A stretch of 64,000 nt of DNA from Octopus bimaculoides (GCF_001194135.2 NC_068984.1:49603859-49667858); one strand, 5' to 3'. Shown: positions 24,292-38,700, counted from the stretch's first letter. Numbers and translations: made by a program. Notes: generated by a model from the letters alone, not told the origin.

Positions 24292-26829
24292 TATTTGTTT
24301 TCTTATTTATCTTCATACTTTTTGTTGCTGCTTCTTTTGTTTTCTTTTGTTTAGTGTTAACTTTAATTAGTGGATAATTATCCTTCATTTAGTAAACAAC
24401 AACAGTTAGATATACAATTATAGACTTTTATCTTACAAAATTATCAGCTTTTATAACAATATTAAACCATATTCAGCTTAGAAATGACAAATTCAAATTT
24501 AAAGTTTGAAAGATATACAACAAAGATAATATGCATACTTTCTGATATCATCTTTGTTGTATAATAAAGAATCATTATAATATTAATCTTAAACCATTGA
24601 TAAAAAACATGACTTGCTTTCTTTGTTCATTTTTACATCCATTTTTTCCATGTTAGCATGAGTTAGATGAATATATTATTGAGGCATTGTCTTCAACCAG
24701 ATGCCCTTTCTGTCACTAACCCTCACTTGCTTTTCAAGTTATACCCCCATTTCATCGAAGCCATACTCACATGGAAAAATGGACATTGCTTTCTTATAAT
24801 CCTAAATATTTTCTCAATATTTTGAAAGTGTTTTGTTTTGTAATAATTCACATATTTATCATGATAACTAATTTAAGATTATATAAATGAACCATGAAAA
24901 CAATCTTTCTTATTCCAAAGAAATATTTCCCAAATTTCTCTACTGATAAAGAAAAATTCCTTTGGTATTTGACTGAAAATCATTGGTCTGATATTTGGAA
25001 TATATTCACATTGATAAACACATCTTGTGTAGCAAATATGAGGTGTTTAACTATTAACATCTTACAATATTTACTTTGAAATAAGTAACTCTTGAATTTT
25101 CCTTTATCATGGTGTTTATACACAATTTAATCTGAAAGAGAATGGTTTTAAAGTTATAAATCTGATGAGAATCCTCAATATTCTTACTGAAGTCCAAAAA
25201 TTAGCAGCAATTAAAAGAAAAAGAACAATATTTTAGCAAGAGCTAAATCCTAATCACTGAATTTATTTCAATATGATACAAATATTAAAACAAGGATAAT
25301 ACAACTATAAGGGTTAAATGAAAGTGGTAAATTTACTATTCTATGACCAAGTAAAATTGGTTTCTCTTCATTAATGAATTATTTCTGTTGTGTGTGAAGC
25401 TTTGCATCTAAAACATTTACCTGTCTAAAAAGAATAGCTATTATATCTCACATACAGCTATTCTTCTTACTTGAGCAATTTTCAATCTGTTCTGAATTAA
25501 TCTTTTTAAGAATAAACTATCTAAATCTAACATTTCTTATAATAAGGATAGTAAAGCATAGTAAAGCTTAAGTTTAGAAATAGTTTTCTTGCAAGTTATT
25601 AATTTTCAAGAAAATATTTCATAAAATTTTACAAGATATTTTGTTGCTAAAATATTTCTTAATACCTCACAGGTACAAAGCTTCAGATTGGTAGAAGGAA
25701 AATATGATGCCATACTTTTCGAAAACCCTAACAAAAAATTAATTCTTTCTGACTTGTAAAGATCCATTTGTGGTATTCAATTCCAATTTGGTTTTATCCA
25801 AGGGTTGGATAATACAACTACTCCTGGCTAGGATGCCAGTCAATCGCAGATAGTCTTTCCTACTGGAGAAATTGAAGACAGAAAATTCAGAACTGCTACC
25901 CAACACAATACTTAATAATTTCACAGTGCTGCTGCTTACAGTAGTGAATGATACCACCAACTTGGTATCTATGATGCTTACTTTGATATAAGTTGACTGA
26001 GCTTTTCAGAGTTAAGAGTCTTTATTGTGAACAAGATACAGTATTAATATAGAATATGATCTCGTGTATTGTCTAACATTACTGACTCGGCCATCATGAT
26101 TCCCACGGAACAACAGATAGATAACAATATTAATTAACTGATATCAATTTTAACAATTATAATAGTGCACACAAGCAATGTAGTCTTGGCCATCAGTTCT
26201 ACTATTGCAAAAGTCTTTTAACTTGACCAGTAAGATAAAGTGGAAGTCTAGAGAGAACCTTTACCCTATATATCAAAGTTATATTATTGTGTAAGTCAAA
26301 GTGATTTCAAACATATCAGATTGAAATTTAAGAAATATACTCCATGTATAATCTCTTTAAAAACTTGATGTTTTTGATATGGGAACTTTTGTGTAATATT
26401 GTTGTTCGCATGTGTGCTGTCTATTCCAAGACCAGTTTTCTATCTGTGATAAAATTGTAAGCCTGATGACACATAACTGTATTTCAATATGTATAGCTTT
26501 TTACAGTTAAATATTTTCTCTCGGACATTTTCACATTTTTGCCTCTCTTTCAGTCTTAAGTTGGTAGCGTTTCAAATTGTTAGGTTATTCTTTTTTTTTT
26601 AAATTAAAGCAATATAGTTATCTATACTTATAATCAACATGTAAGGTTTTTTTCTAATATTTTTCTTAAAAAAAAGAACAACAAAGAAAACTTATAGAGA
26701 TTTATTTAACTTAATTTTCAAAATTTCATTTGCAAATTATGCCAATTATTTTTCTTTGTGTTACATAATTCCTTGTTTGAAGCACTAGAGAAAAAAGTTC
26801 CTTAACTGTTTATTTTTATTTTTATCAAG

Positions 26830-27003
26830 TTTAATAATGTGGACAATCAAAGGCTGCTGGTCAAAACAAAAGAAAAGGAAAAACAATATTTTTGCTGTAT
26901 CTGTGATTTTTGTGTTGGATTAGCTCCAAATGTTGATTGGAGTACAATTATTTTGGCAAAATATTTTGTACATGCAATAGCCACTTCTGGAAATAAGTTA
27001 TAA
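26830..27003 (+). CDS. Candidate exon/open frame, unknown protein
   Basis: After a pyrimidine tract and aag: FNNVDNQRLLVKTKEKEKQYFCCICDFCVGLAPNVDWSTIILAKYFVHAIATSGNKL*. Splice sites are weak and the antisense frame is also largely open. Confidence 0.2.
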   Translation, partial: FNNVDNQRLLVKTKEKEKQYFCCICDFCVGLAPNVDWSTIILAKYFVHAIATSGNKL

Positions 27004-28502
27004 CTTATATCAAAATTGACATTATCTTCAAGTGGAAAATTAAATATCTACTATTTTAGACATTTAAGAAGCCGTGCTTTTTTTTTTATTATTATTATCC
27101 AACTTCAATTAATTCAGAAAATATTCAATTATGCTGATTTATGAAAAATATTTCAAAACTCAGTGTTAAAACAATGGAAAGAGCAATTTAAAATCAAATA
27201 CTTTACTTTTTTACAAAACAATTTCAAAGAAAAGGGTTTAGAATTTTCTTGATCCTTTAATCTTTGATTACTACATTTCATTCAGTTATAGAAAAGTAAT
27301 TTGTAAGTGTGTAGTTGGATTGTCACATACAGCGAATTTAACTGATGATTCTTGATTAACATTTTTTTTGCAATTTGTTTATTAGCTTTATTTTTAGATG
27401 ATAAATCTTATTGATATTCACTGCTCTTTCTAATGAAATTCATTATTTTGGAATGTTTAACAAATTCTGACATTTTGAAGTAAAAAAACTGTAAGTGAAG
27501 CTCAACCATGAATTAAACAGGCTTCTTATGCCTGCTATAAACAATGGAAGTTTTACATTTGTTTCTTTTTTTTTCTTTTTCAATTTTTATATATTAGTTG
27601 GTATATAACTTGACTTTAATTTTTTTTCAAAAGTAAAACAAGAATATGAAATATTTTATTCATTAATATGGTTACCATTATTCCATCCAACTTAAAACAA
27701 TAGATCATTTGCATAGATAGAAATGAACAGGATTTGTTCTCCAGAATAATTAACCATTAAGTGTTGTTATTAACATTTACTACATTGGTTCTATGTTGAC
27801 TTTATGATATAAATCATACATCGAATTCTATCTTCTGGAGAATATTTATATACAGACTTGTCCAAGCGGATCCGGCCTCTTTTGAAACACTGAATGATGA
27901 AAACGTTTTTTTTTAAAAATAACTTTCAAATATTTTTAAAGTATATACAATGTTTTATTATTGATGATCTTCAACTTCCTATGAAATTTATTTCTCAATA
28001 TATCATTTTAGTATTTTTGCTGTGTATTCCATGTGATTTGAAATTCATTTTATTGGGTTTTTTAACTGCATTGTTAAACTGGACATAGAAAGCTCTTGGA
28101 TCCCAGATTCTAAGAGTAATATAGATAAGTATTAATGAATTCTTATTTCTTCCCAAAATGGTTATACTTTCTGTAATTCTATTTGTGTTTTTTCTCCTAA
28201 ATGTTTGGCAAAATTGTGTATTTCATTATATTTGTAATTTCTCTGTGAATATTATGGTGCTACTTATCAATTCAGCAATCTTACTTGTTGTGTAAATAAA
28301 TTTGATTAATAACAGACAAGATATTTTGCTCCCTGCATAAGCTTTTGTTAAGGATGTCAATCGATTATTTTTTACTATTAAATTGAGAATGATATTTTAA
28401 TATCAATGTTTTATCAGTTTTTTTTTTTGTTTTTTTTTTGATCTCATGACTGTTTTCTAACTTCTTGTAGTAATTTTGAAATTGCCACACTAATTAATTT
28501 CA

Positions 28503-28514
28503 GATTATTATTAC

Positions 28515-28553
<39 letters not shown>

Positions 28554-28594
28554 TATTATTATTATTATTATCATTACTATTATTATTATTATTA

Positions 28595-28641
<47 letters not shown>

Positions 28642-28643
28642 TA
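28503..28643. repeat. (TTA)n microsatellite
   Basis: Long att/tta run; source of the poly-N ORF at 28444-28668. Confidence 0.95.
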
Positions 28644-30073
28644 GATAATTAACAACTATAATGATCAAATTCTTGCTTAAACTTTTGGCTTGATTTAAAA
28701 AAGAACAATAGAAATATATCAGACATATAATATGAGTAAATATATATTTCTAAGTAGAAATCTTCTTGAATTTTTCTTCTTTTCCTTTTATAATATGTAA
28801 AAATTGAACCATTTCCAAATTTCTTGCCAAATTTGATACATTTTGTGGTGCGAGATGTCTGAAATAAACAAAAACTGGAATCAATAAAAAAGCAAAATGA
28901 CATCTATTAACAAAGTGTAAAAAATATTAAATTATAAATCACATCGGCTAATTATGTAATTATTAATGAAATGCTGTCAGCTATTAGCTTCTATATTGCC
29001 ATTCTATATCTCATATACTCATATATATACACATACTCACACAGATACTGTATATAAATATATATGTGTGTGTGTGTGTGTGTATATACATACATACATA
29101 CAGTACACCAAACAAATATGCACACACAAAAACACATACATACATACAAACATACATACACACATACATATCAGAAATAGCAAGACCAGAGCAAATCGTG
29201 GCTGAAGCCATTTTGTGGCATTTGGGGGCCAATTAAAAAAGCCAACCCTTTCCTAATCTACATAGTACTCTGCAATGTGGGAAAGGTCTTGACTCCCCAA
29301 TGTTATCAATCTCTATATATAAATACATATGTAACTTCTCAAAAATGCAACCATGGAGAATAAAGTTTCCAAATTTGCGAAAATGATTTGGAAATTATAA
29401 ATCATAAATGTACAAATAACTTCATAATAGTTTGTATAATTAAGCAATTAAGACTGAGCTGAGATGTTTTGCATTTGCATGTAGAATATTCTACAGATTT
29501 AAGATGAGGATTCACAGATATGAGCATAATAGGAAAATAATGTGTTCCCTTCTGACGTATCAAAAATATAGCTAAAGAGAATAAATATCTGGTTCTATTT
29601 ATAATGAAACTATAATGCTGGATATTGAGGCAGCTATATGTCTAAGACTATATATTATCCTTTTTGTTTAAACATTATATTAAAATATTCTAACATTTGA
29701 TAAAAATTTTCAGAAGCCTGCTGATTTGTACTTCAAAATTTTAAAGAATTCATTCTTTTCGTTAAACACTTTTAAATGTGTAGAAAATATTAAAATTTTG
29801 AAGTGTTATGGGTTGCGACGTCAACATCTCTATATACATTCTCTTAGTTTTGTCCAAACTTAGTATTTTTGTAAATTTTTCTCTTCAAAGTTTTACATAA
29901 AATATGCAACAAAAATAAAAATAAAACATATAACAAAAATATATATTAAAAATAGTCAGGTTCAAGGTAACTGAAGTTTTGATATGAATTCAAAATAAGT
30001 AGATGTTTTCATTCATTATCTGTTTAAATTTAATCATGTATCTAATAACTGACATTGCCATTTAAAATACCAG

Positions 30074-30213
30074 ACTAGTACAACCTTCAATATGAAGATA
30101 ACTTCTAGTGAAGATAAAGCAATGTATGATTTTGATAGGGAAGAATGTACTGAAATAGTTTTGCTGTTATTTTCTTCATGCCTTCAAAAGGACTTAAAGC
30201 TCATTACTGCAAG
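30074..30213 (+). CDS. Candidate exon (phase 0 to 2), unknown protein
   Basis: Acceptor aaataccag, donor AAG|gtaata; TSTTFNMKITSSEDKAMYDFDREECTEIVLLLFSSCLQKDLKLITA; in-frame stop just upstream of the acceptor. Confidence 0.4.
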
Positions 30214-32283
30214 GTAATAAAAATAATTTATTATCTAGTGCATTTATTATTTTCTTAAATAAGCTCTACCAACTTAGTAATTATACTCTGGTGGATTAAC
30301 CCAGTATGAGTTAATTGTCTCTTCTTTAAATGAAGCTCAGCTCAGTTGCTATTATACAAGCCCATCAATCTTCTGTAAAATAAAATAAAATAAAATATGC
30401 ATGCAATTTACAAGCATTTCTAAATAATACTAAGATTTAAGTGCAGTATACAATACTAAAGAATTTTTGGATGAAATTCTTCATATCTGTTCTTTTGGGC
30501 AATATTCATTACCAAACAGTAACAAGTGTCATGGGAGTAAAGTGTGAACATCTGGAATATCAAGAGAGTAACCAACTTTTGATTTTCAGCTGAAACACTT
30601 TCAACTTAATGATGTTTTGTATGCCCTTAGTAAAACCTTGAACATCATAACTTCATATTTCCAATCCCTGAAATATATGACCATTTTGCTCTGATCAAAA
30701 CAAATATTCATTTCCAGATTTATCCTTCTTTATATTTTCAAACATTTTTGCCATGTTTTCTTTTTTTTTTAATGTTTATATTTCATTTGTTAGCTTTAAA
30801 TGCTGGTCAATAATTTAGATTTTATTTTTCAAAACTTACATAGATTATGATATAATAATAAACACCACTACATTTAGTATAATTTATTATAAGCTTTCTT
30901 TTCATTGCAATGATGATAGCAAGTTCTTTCTAAATATATCTATATAACTTTTTTCCTTTAAAACAAAGCTATGATTTTAAGATTTGATTTTCGTCTATTT
31001 AACATTATTTTGTTTAACTTTTCCAAATTGACTTTAATTTCTCTTCAATTCCCTGTTATTGTTTTCATTTCTTTATTTGAATATGGATGAAAGACTATAT
31101 TATTTCACTTCATTTGTGCATTTTATTTTGTTCAAGAATATTTCTATTTTTATTGTTATTTATTTGTTCATTTGTTTGTTTATCTATTTTTTCAATCAAA
31201 ACTAAACTTTGTCTAAAGAGCAAGAAGAATATCCTAAAATAAAGTAAAGTTATGAATAAATATTTTTCTCACAATTTTTCTTTTTAGTGGGGTGATGTAA
31301 TTATTGATATTCACAGAAATAATAGTTATGATTTTTTAATGACTTCTATATGAATTGATATTTCTATAGTTCTTATCATCAATATTTCTTGAAAAACGAG
31401 TTAGAGAAATACATCATATCTGAGTTTAAATCTACTGGGATTAACCTTAGCTCACATCACTCTGGGCTTGATAAAATTAGAACTAGCATGATGATTTAAT
31501 CATCTGTCACTCACCTCCTACTAAAATTATTTCGTATATAAATGAAAAATTAATTCTTCTTGCAGAAAAGATTATGTATCAATTCCAGTTGAAGAAAATC
31601 AATGATTTTCTTTTGAATTCTTTATTTGTATAGAATTTTATAATCAGACCTACAATCTAAGTATATTTATATGAATAACCACAGAAATACTAAATTTGAT
31701 CAGCATTTTTAGTTCATAATGTGAAAAATAAACTTTCACTCAAATTCAAAAGAAAACAATGGTTTGATGCTCATTTCATTGAATTGACAAACACACAAGA
31801 TTTTCATCATTTCAGCAATCAAGAATTCTGAACAAGATTTCTTGACAAGAAGTAAATGGTCTAAATACAGTCCTATTCATCAGCCGAATTTTCATGAATT
31901 TGATCAATTCTCTATAAACTATCCACTCCTCTGTAAATAATATTGGAATTGTTCTTATTTCTTGCCTCTTTGAATCCCTTCAACTTCATTATTAGCTCAT
32001 TCTTCAAACAAAATAAATTTCAAAAGTTTTCTATTAGTAAAAGTAGATTAAATTTTAACATTTGATTTTATGAAAATAGTTTCTCATTTCTTCGGTGTAT
32101 GTATTAAATCATTAGTCATTATACACTTTTTTGTTTTTTCAAATTTGAGTTCTTCATTTGATAAGTTCCTTTTCTGTATCAAGTTGTATAAACTATCTTT
32201 ATAATAACCATTTTACAAAATTTAGAGTTTTATTAAATTATTCAACTTAAACATATAAACTATAGTAGAGAACATTTTATCAG

Positions 32284-32426
32284 TCACTCCTGATATTAAA
32301 AGATGTAAATTCTTTCGACAAATTTATTGTGGAGTGCAACGTTCCCTCTAATCTTTTGCTGTGGTTGTGTGCAGAATTTTGCAAATTTGCAAATTTTGTC
32401 TTTCTTTGCAAAGTGTACATCTATGA
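32284..32426 (+). CDS. Candidate exon (phase 0 to 2), unknown protein
   Basis: Acceptor cattttatcag, donor TGA|gtaacc with an in-frame stop right after; SLLILKDVNSFDKFIVECNVPSNLLLWLCAEFCKFANFVFLCKVYIY. Confidence 0.4.
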
Positions 32427-33326
32427 GTAACCATTGCTCAAATTTCTTCAGTTAAAAAAATTTGATTTCATCTTGAAAATCATGTGTGCACACATTCTTT
32501 TCTATCCTATTTGTAAAACATCTGTGCACAGGCACAAGCACACAGCTTAGAGGAAACACTGGTGGAATGACATAGTTTCTATTCTTGCCTTGATCATCAA
32601 ATTATGTACTGCTTCTCATTGCTTTAGGTTGAATTAATTAAGCCCAAATGTCAAGTATTTTCAACTATTATATAGGCTTTCAGAAAATAAATGAAGAACT
32701 TAGAATTTTTTGTTTTTGTTTTACAATCCCCCATCCGCACTTAATCTATCTAGAATTTAAGGAAACATTTTCTAAATATTATAATTATAAACGTTCTGTT
32801 TGAGTCTTTAAAACAGTCATTTTTATTTTTTAAGGAATGCTTTCTATAAAGACGAGCCAATGTGATATTCTGACAATTGTCAACAAAACTTTCAAAATGG
32901 CATAGTAAAGAAAATGAAAACAGCCTTATTGATGAAAATACAATCATGAGAGTAAATAGTTACATCATAGAAAATCTTTCACTAGATATCTATTCATTCA
33001 CATGATGGCATAGATGAAGTAAAACTACTTATAGTCATTCCCTAACCAGGAACTTCTCAAATGGTGCTAACAAAATCTATTAGAGTGAATTAAACAATAG
33101 ATATTCACTAAGTACAGAAATCATTCTCCTCACAATGAAATGCATTACATATTTTTATTAATATCATTTCTGGAAGGGATTAATTGTTTGATAAAATTTA
33201 TGGCACTTATTTTTTGGATGTTCAGTTTTTTTTTTTTTTTTGTTTTTTTTTTCATTTCTTTTTAGCAATAGTTTTTAAACATCATATAACTAAGAATATA
33301 TGACTGGTACAAGGGCAAATCTTCAG

Positions 33327-33453
33327 CATAAAAAATATTTTTTACATTTGCCATTTATTAAAGCTGCATGCACATATAAAATTTTTATTGAAATTGAATG
33401 TTAATTTCCCTAACTCTGATGTTTATATTTCCTCAATCAAGTCATTAGTTCAG
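33327..33453 (+). CDS. Candidate exon (phase 2 to 0), unknown protein
   Basis: Acceptor aaatcttcag, consensus donor CAG|gtaagt; IKNIFYICHLLKLHAHIKFLLKLNVNFPNSDVYISSIKSLVQ; phase-compatible with 32284-32426. Confidence 0.4.
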
Positions 33454-35496
33454 GTAAGTTGAGTTTTTGGTCTTAAAACTGCACTAATCCTAATTTAGAG
33501 TATATTTCACCATTTCAGATCTCAATTTGAGTAATGTTGAAGAATTTAATATTAATTACTTTGCCCTATGTCTCAATTATGTTTAAGGATCTTGTTCAGT
33601 ATGAAATAATAAATTCTGGAAAAACAAATTAATATTTGCGTGTAACAAACTTTGTAATTAATAAAAACGAATTCTTAAAACATTTTTCTCTATCATTTTT
33701 CTGAGACCATGGAGGCTTTTGTTATCATGAATAGTATCTTTTCTAAAGTTTGTAATTATGTAATTACTGTAAAATTAATATGCTTCTTAATATTGTATTG
33801 GATGAAGAAGGCAAATATAATAATTTTTTTTAAATTATGATTTTATTGCTGGTATTTTCTCTTAGCTTTTTAACTTTGCCTAAATCTTTTTATTGTCTTT
33901 TTCTCTTGGTTGTAGATTTTTTTTAATGCAAATAAATATATGGTCTGCTTCCAGCCAATTCAGTCCCATTTATCCCGGTGAATAGCTTTTGCTAGGTGCC
34001 AAAATCATATGACATAACTCAAATATTTTCATTAGAGATATTCTTAAATTTTCTTTGAGCAAACTCTTATTTATCTAATAAATTTACTTCTTATGCATTC
34101 ACAATCAAAATAGGTGGAAAAGCATTTTCATGTAGGACAGGATAATTAAAGATGATATTTGTTTTGTACCAATTTAATTAAAGTATAGGTTTGAATGCTT
34201 TTTTTTTTGTTTTGCATTCAAACTAGCATGTTTCTGTTTGTGTGTATGATTTGTTTATGTGCATGAATCTATACTTGTTTATGTACATGAGTCTGTGCTT
34301 GTTTATCTGTGTGTCTATGTTTACTTATCATGTTATCCATATTGAAGTATTTTGTATAATAGCTTCTACTCTTCCTTATTTCTAGTTTAATATTTCAAGT
34401 CTCTAATATTAGTTTGTCAGGTTTCCCTTTGTGCCTGATCTAATTTTTCTCTCTCCTCAAACTACTTTTTACTTTCTGTCCTTTTTTAACCTATTATCTC
34501 TTCCATCTACTTGATATTATGTATACAGTGACAATTTGGAAACTGTCAATCTATATATTTGATATTATTTACATCACCACCATCACCATCTATGAGTTAA
34601 TGTCACTTTATGTATACTGAAGTGAGTTGGATGATAATTACAATAAACAGACAACTTAATCAATAGTTACAAAATATCAAATTCACATATGTAAGAGTAC
34701 TTTTAAATATAGCTGAAATATTTTTTTAAGTCAGGTTACATAATACACTTTAGGATTTATTTGATTGTTGGAGAAGATACTCACACTAGTATGCACATGC
34801 TTATTCAAATGCACAGTTCATAAATTCTTTTATTCATTTTTTTTAAACAGCTATGAATAGTAAAATGGCACTTTATTTTATGTAAAGAGATATGGTTAGT
34901 CACAAATTGAAACATATTCTATCACAGTTATTTCCCCTCATTAGAACCTTGAAATGTATAGAATTCCAAAATATACCATATATCATGGCTTGTGAGTTGT
35001 CTATTCATTGCACTTTGAAAATGGAAATATATTCCTAAATATGCAAGTTAAGCATTTTAGATGTGCAATTATTAAGAAATAATTTTAGGCGTATTTTAGT
35101 TATTTTTACAAATTCCCAGTCAATTTTATTAGTTGTTGTTGAATACACCTTTCAATCTTACCTTATCAAACTTGTGACCAGAAATAATTACTGAAATTTT
35201 TAATAATGATTCAGTAATGCAGATATAAGTTATATGGTTGCCAGTGCCAGCATTCTCTTCGGATATAGTGGTCATCCAAGAATTTTGATGGAGGGGAGCT
35301 TATGTAGTCTCTCTTTTAAAGTTGTGAAAATATTAGGAGGAGTTTATGCTGCTACATTGAGCTTCAAGTAAGTCACATGTGACCTGCTAGAAACAGTAGT
35401 CCAAAACTCTCTCAGACCACAACATACCGTTTCAGAAAAGGTCAAATTAAATTGTGTGGTCCTGCGTTTCCCTGTTTACAGGAAAAAGATAAGGTG

Positions 35497-35630
35497 GCTA
35501 TACCAGGCTCCAATCTGATCTGGCAGAGTTTCTGCAGCTGGAAGCCCTTCCTAACGCCAACCACTCCGAGAGTGTAGTAGGTGCTTTTACGTGTCACCGG
35601 CACGAAGGCCAGTCAGGCGGTCGGTGACAT
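35497..35630 (-). mobile_element. RTE LINE 3' UTR fragment
   Basis: ccaggctccaatctgatctggcagagtttctgcagctgg...ccttcctaacgccaaccactccgagagtgtag, the same family as 44293 and 46953. Confidence 0.75.
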
Positions 35631-35667
35631 TATCAAATGTCAGCTAATACCATTTTGATTCTTTCAG

Positions 35668-35725
35668 CAAGTATGGGAAGCAACTTGGTTTTTTAAAACA
35701 TCCTCAGCAAAGCTTAGCCTTTACT
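35668..35725 (+). CDS. Candidate exon, unknown protein
   Basis: Strong acceptor ttttgattctttcag; KYGKQLGFLKHPQQSLAFT then gtaatt. The frame stays open for 47 codons, so the donor position is uncertain. Confidence 0.3.
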
Positions 35726-38700
35726 GTAATTACCAAAGTAGCGATGAGAGAATCATTTGGTAGATATTCAATAATGAACACTAATAAGTGTAGAAAGTCA
35801 CAATATTTTTGAAAAAATAAATTATGTAGAAGGTATCCATATAAAAAAAACAAGAACTAATTTAGTAGTAACATATCTAATGCAAGGAACATAACAAAAT
35901 GTAACTGAAAATAATTCTGCATTGATGAGAAAAGGAAAAATAGTCATCAGTTAATATTATTTTGATTATTTGCCAATCAAGTATGGAACATAACTCTGGG
36001 CAGGTTTTGATCCTCAAGAAAGCTTAGCCCTTACTGTACAATGTACACATATATTGGTTGCTAATATTCTCTACTTTACTATTTCTTTCCCTCTCTTATT
36101 CTTTTCATTCTATATTTCCACTAGCATTAATTTTAGCTATAAAACTATCCTTCAGATTATATTTATTAATATTCAGTTACTTAGATTCAGACGAGAAGTC
36201 AAGCAAGCATAAAAAAATATAACTTGTATAATACTGCTTCTGAAGATACTAATGATTATGGGGGTGTTGCTGGTAATGCTTCTAATTGTGTTTATCATGA
36301 TGAGGTGATATTGATTAATATATTAGAAATTTACTGCTTTTTATTCTTAACAGAATACTTCCAATTGTAAAATGTATGTTTTGTAATTTCTAAAAACAAA
36401 AGAACAAAACAATGAATTATTCACACATTTATCAGAATCATTTGGCTTCCTTCATTGATTGTGTAGAGCAGTCGTAATAGTAGAGCAGATTAAATATAGG
36501 CCCATCATCTGAATAAATGTGCATTATATGCAGGAAGAATTCTCAAAAGAACATTTATAATTTATAAGTCAATCTATCAAAATCTGTAGCCATAGAAGTT
36601 GTAGGTATACAGGAAGCATTTATATTTTTAAAATATAACTCTGTAATCACCTCCATTAAATTGATTTCACATACAATTCAGGAAAACAAATACACTTGAC
36701 ATTTAACATGGTTAAGGGATATTTTAGTTATATAATCAACTGACTAACAAAAACAAGCCAAAGTTAACAACTACAATCCTAAAGAAGTGCATCTAAAATG
36801 AACTTCAAGCAAATCAAGATGTAGTTTGTATCATTTTATTCTTCTATACTGACTTTATGGCTAGCTCAACTCTCTCACCAGCCAGAATGAGCTCACAAGA
36901 CACCTATGCTATTCATCATACATCAAGTATTCTACTTGATCCAAATATCCTAATCAGTCATTTTATCTGTAATTGCTTTTGCAGTCTGTTATATATTGGT
37001 GTGAATTCCAATCCAAATCTAAAGCTAACATTATACTTAATTTGACAGCATATCTCCTACTTGAGCAGTAAAATCAACTTACCTAGAAAAGAAGTCAATT
37101 GAAATCACTAACTGATTGAGCTGGAACTAGAACTATAGTGTTGGTCATATGATAAAATTATCAATCCAAATAATATCTGAATAAAGAAATATTCCTGAGC
37201 TTTTGAAAAATTAAGAGACTGCTCTACCAAAATAAAATTAATCTACTTTTGTAACAGTGAAAGTATTCTGTGCTGAAGAAAATTCTAGTTTGTGACTAGT
37301 TATTCAAAACTAGTTTTACAAGCAGGATTACAAACTATACTTGAGAGAATTATTAATTCCAGAAAGTTAGCCATTAATTGCATATCATTAAATCTGTTTA
37401 AGTTTATATGGGGGCTTGTATGTGTGTTAAATACAGGAATATATATGTATGCATGGCCTTGATATTAATTTCAAGTTTGCTTTGCAATCATGATATTCTT
37501 GGCTCATTCCTTCTGTGTGACATCTTGGGCATGTGTCTACTATCAGAATTTTGGGTTAATCCAAATGTGAGTAAAATTGAGTTGGCTGAAATTGTGTAGA
37601 AACCTATTTGATGAACTGAACTTGTTAGTCTAAGGATAAGCTTTAGCAAATACTATGTTACATTCATTTTGCTTGAGGATCACATCAGGAGAACAAGTGT
37701 TTATAAAATACACAGCCATTTACATAAACCAATGAATTGGAAGTTCATATAATCAAATAATGAGAAAAAGTCACTAAAAATGACAAAAGATCTATACACT
37801 TTATTTGCATTTATACATAGAAAGAAACTCATGTACAAAATATGTAAGAACCACATAAAGTTAAAAGCTTAGAACTTGCATTGTGCTGAACAACATTAAT
37901 AATACAAGGGAACATCCAGACTTCTGATCAACACTAGAGCATAACTTTCCTGCCATCATCAATGCAGCCATCAAAACAAGATGGATGCAACCATGTCGCA
38001 ATTATTTTGTCATGTCTTTGTTGAAATATGTTTCTGCTTCCCTCTCCAGTCCATGAATCCCTGCACTGCTGTCTTTCATAATACCAGTAGCAGTTAGATA
38101 GAGCATGGTGGATCTAACTACAAACTTATGATATCTCACCTCTACTGGAAGCACCAGATATATTGCACCACTTGTTTTAGACTTTATACTGTTAAAAAAT
38201 CAATGTCACAACTTAGTTTTTAAAATCTGGTATTTAATCTAACAGTCTCTTTTTCGCTGAACCATTAAATTGAAGTGATACAAACAAAACAATACCAGTT
38301 GTCAATACAAGCATACATATGCACGCACACACACACACACACACACTCACTCACTCATACACATATTAGACAAAATAAATGAAGGATATTTGCATAGACT
38401 TTCTTAGGATCTGTTTTTTACATTAGACCAATGATACTCTTCACACATACATACTTGCATACACACGCACACACACACACACACATGTATGTTTATATAT
38501 GTATTGTGATTACCGCAAAGAAGACATATAGCCATTCCAAAGCATACAAAAACTGCTAACTTCACTTAATTATCTATTATTTGACATAAAATTTTTTTAA
38601 ATGGTTAAGTAAAGTTAACAGTTTTTGTATGTTTTTGAACGGCTAATATGTGTCTTCTGTGCTGTAATTGCATTAATTTCAACACATGGTCTCTTACCAG

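Noticed and set aside
37083-37175. Consensus minus-strand donor AG|gtaagt with a strong upstream acceptor
   Set aside because: All three frames from the strong acceptor contain stops; only a 38-nt alternative is open.
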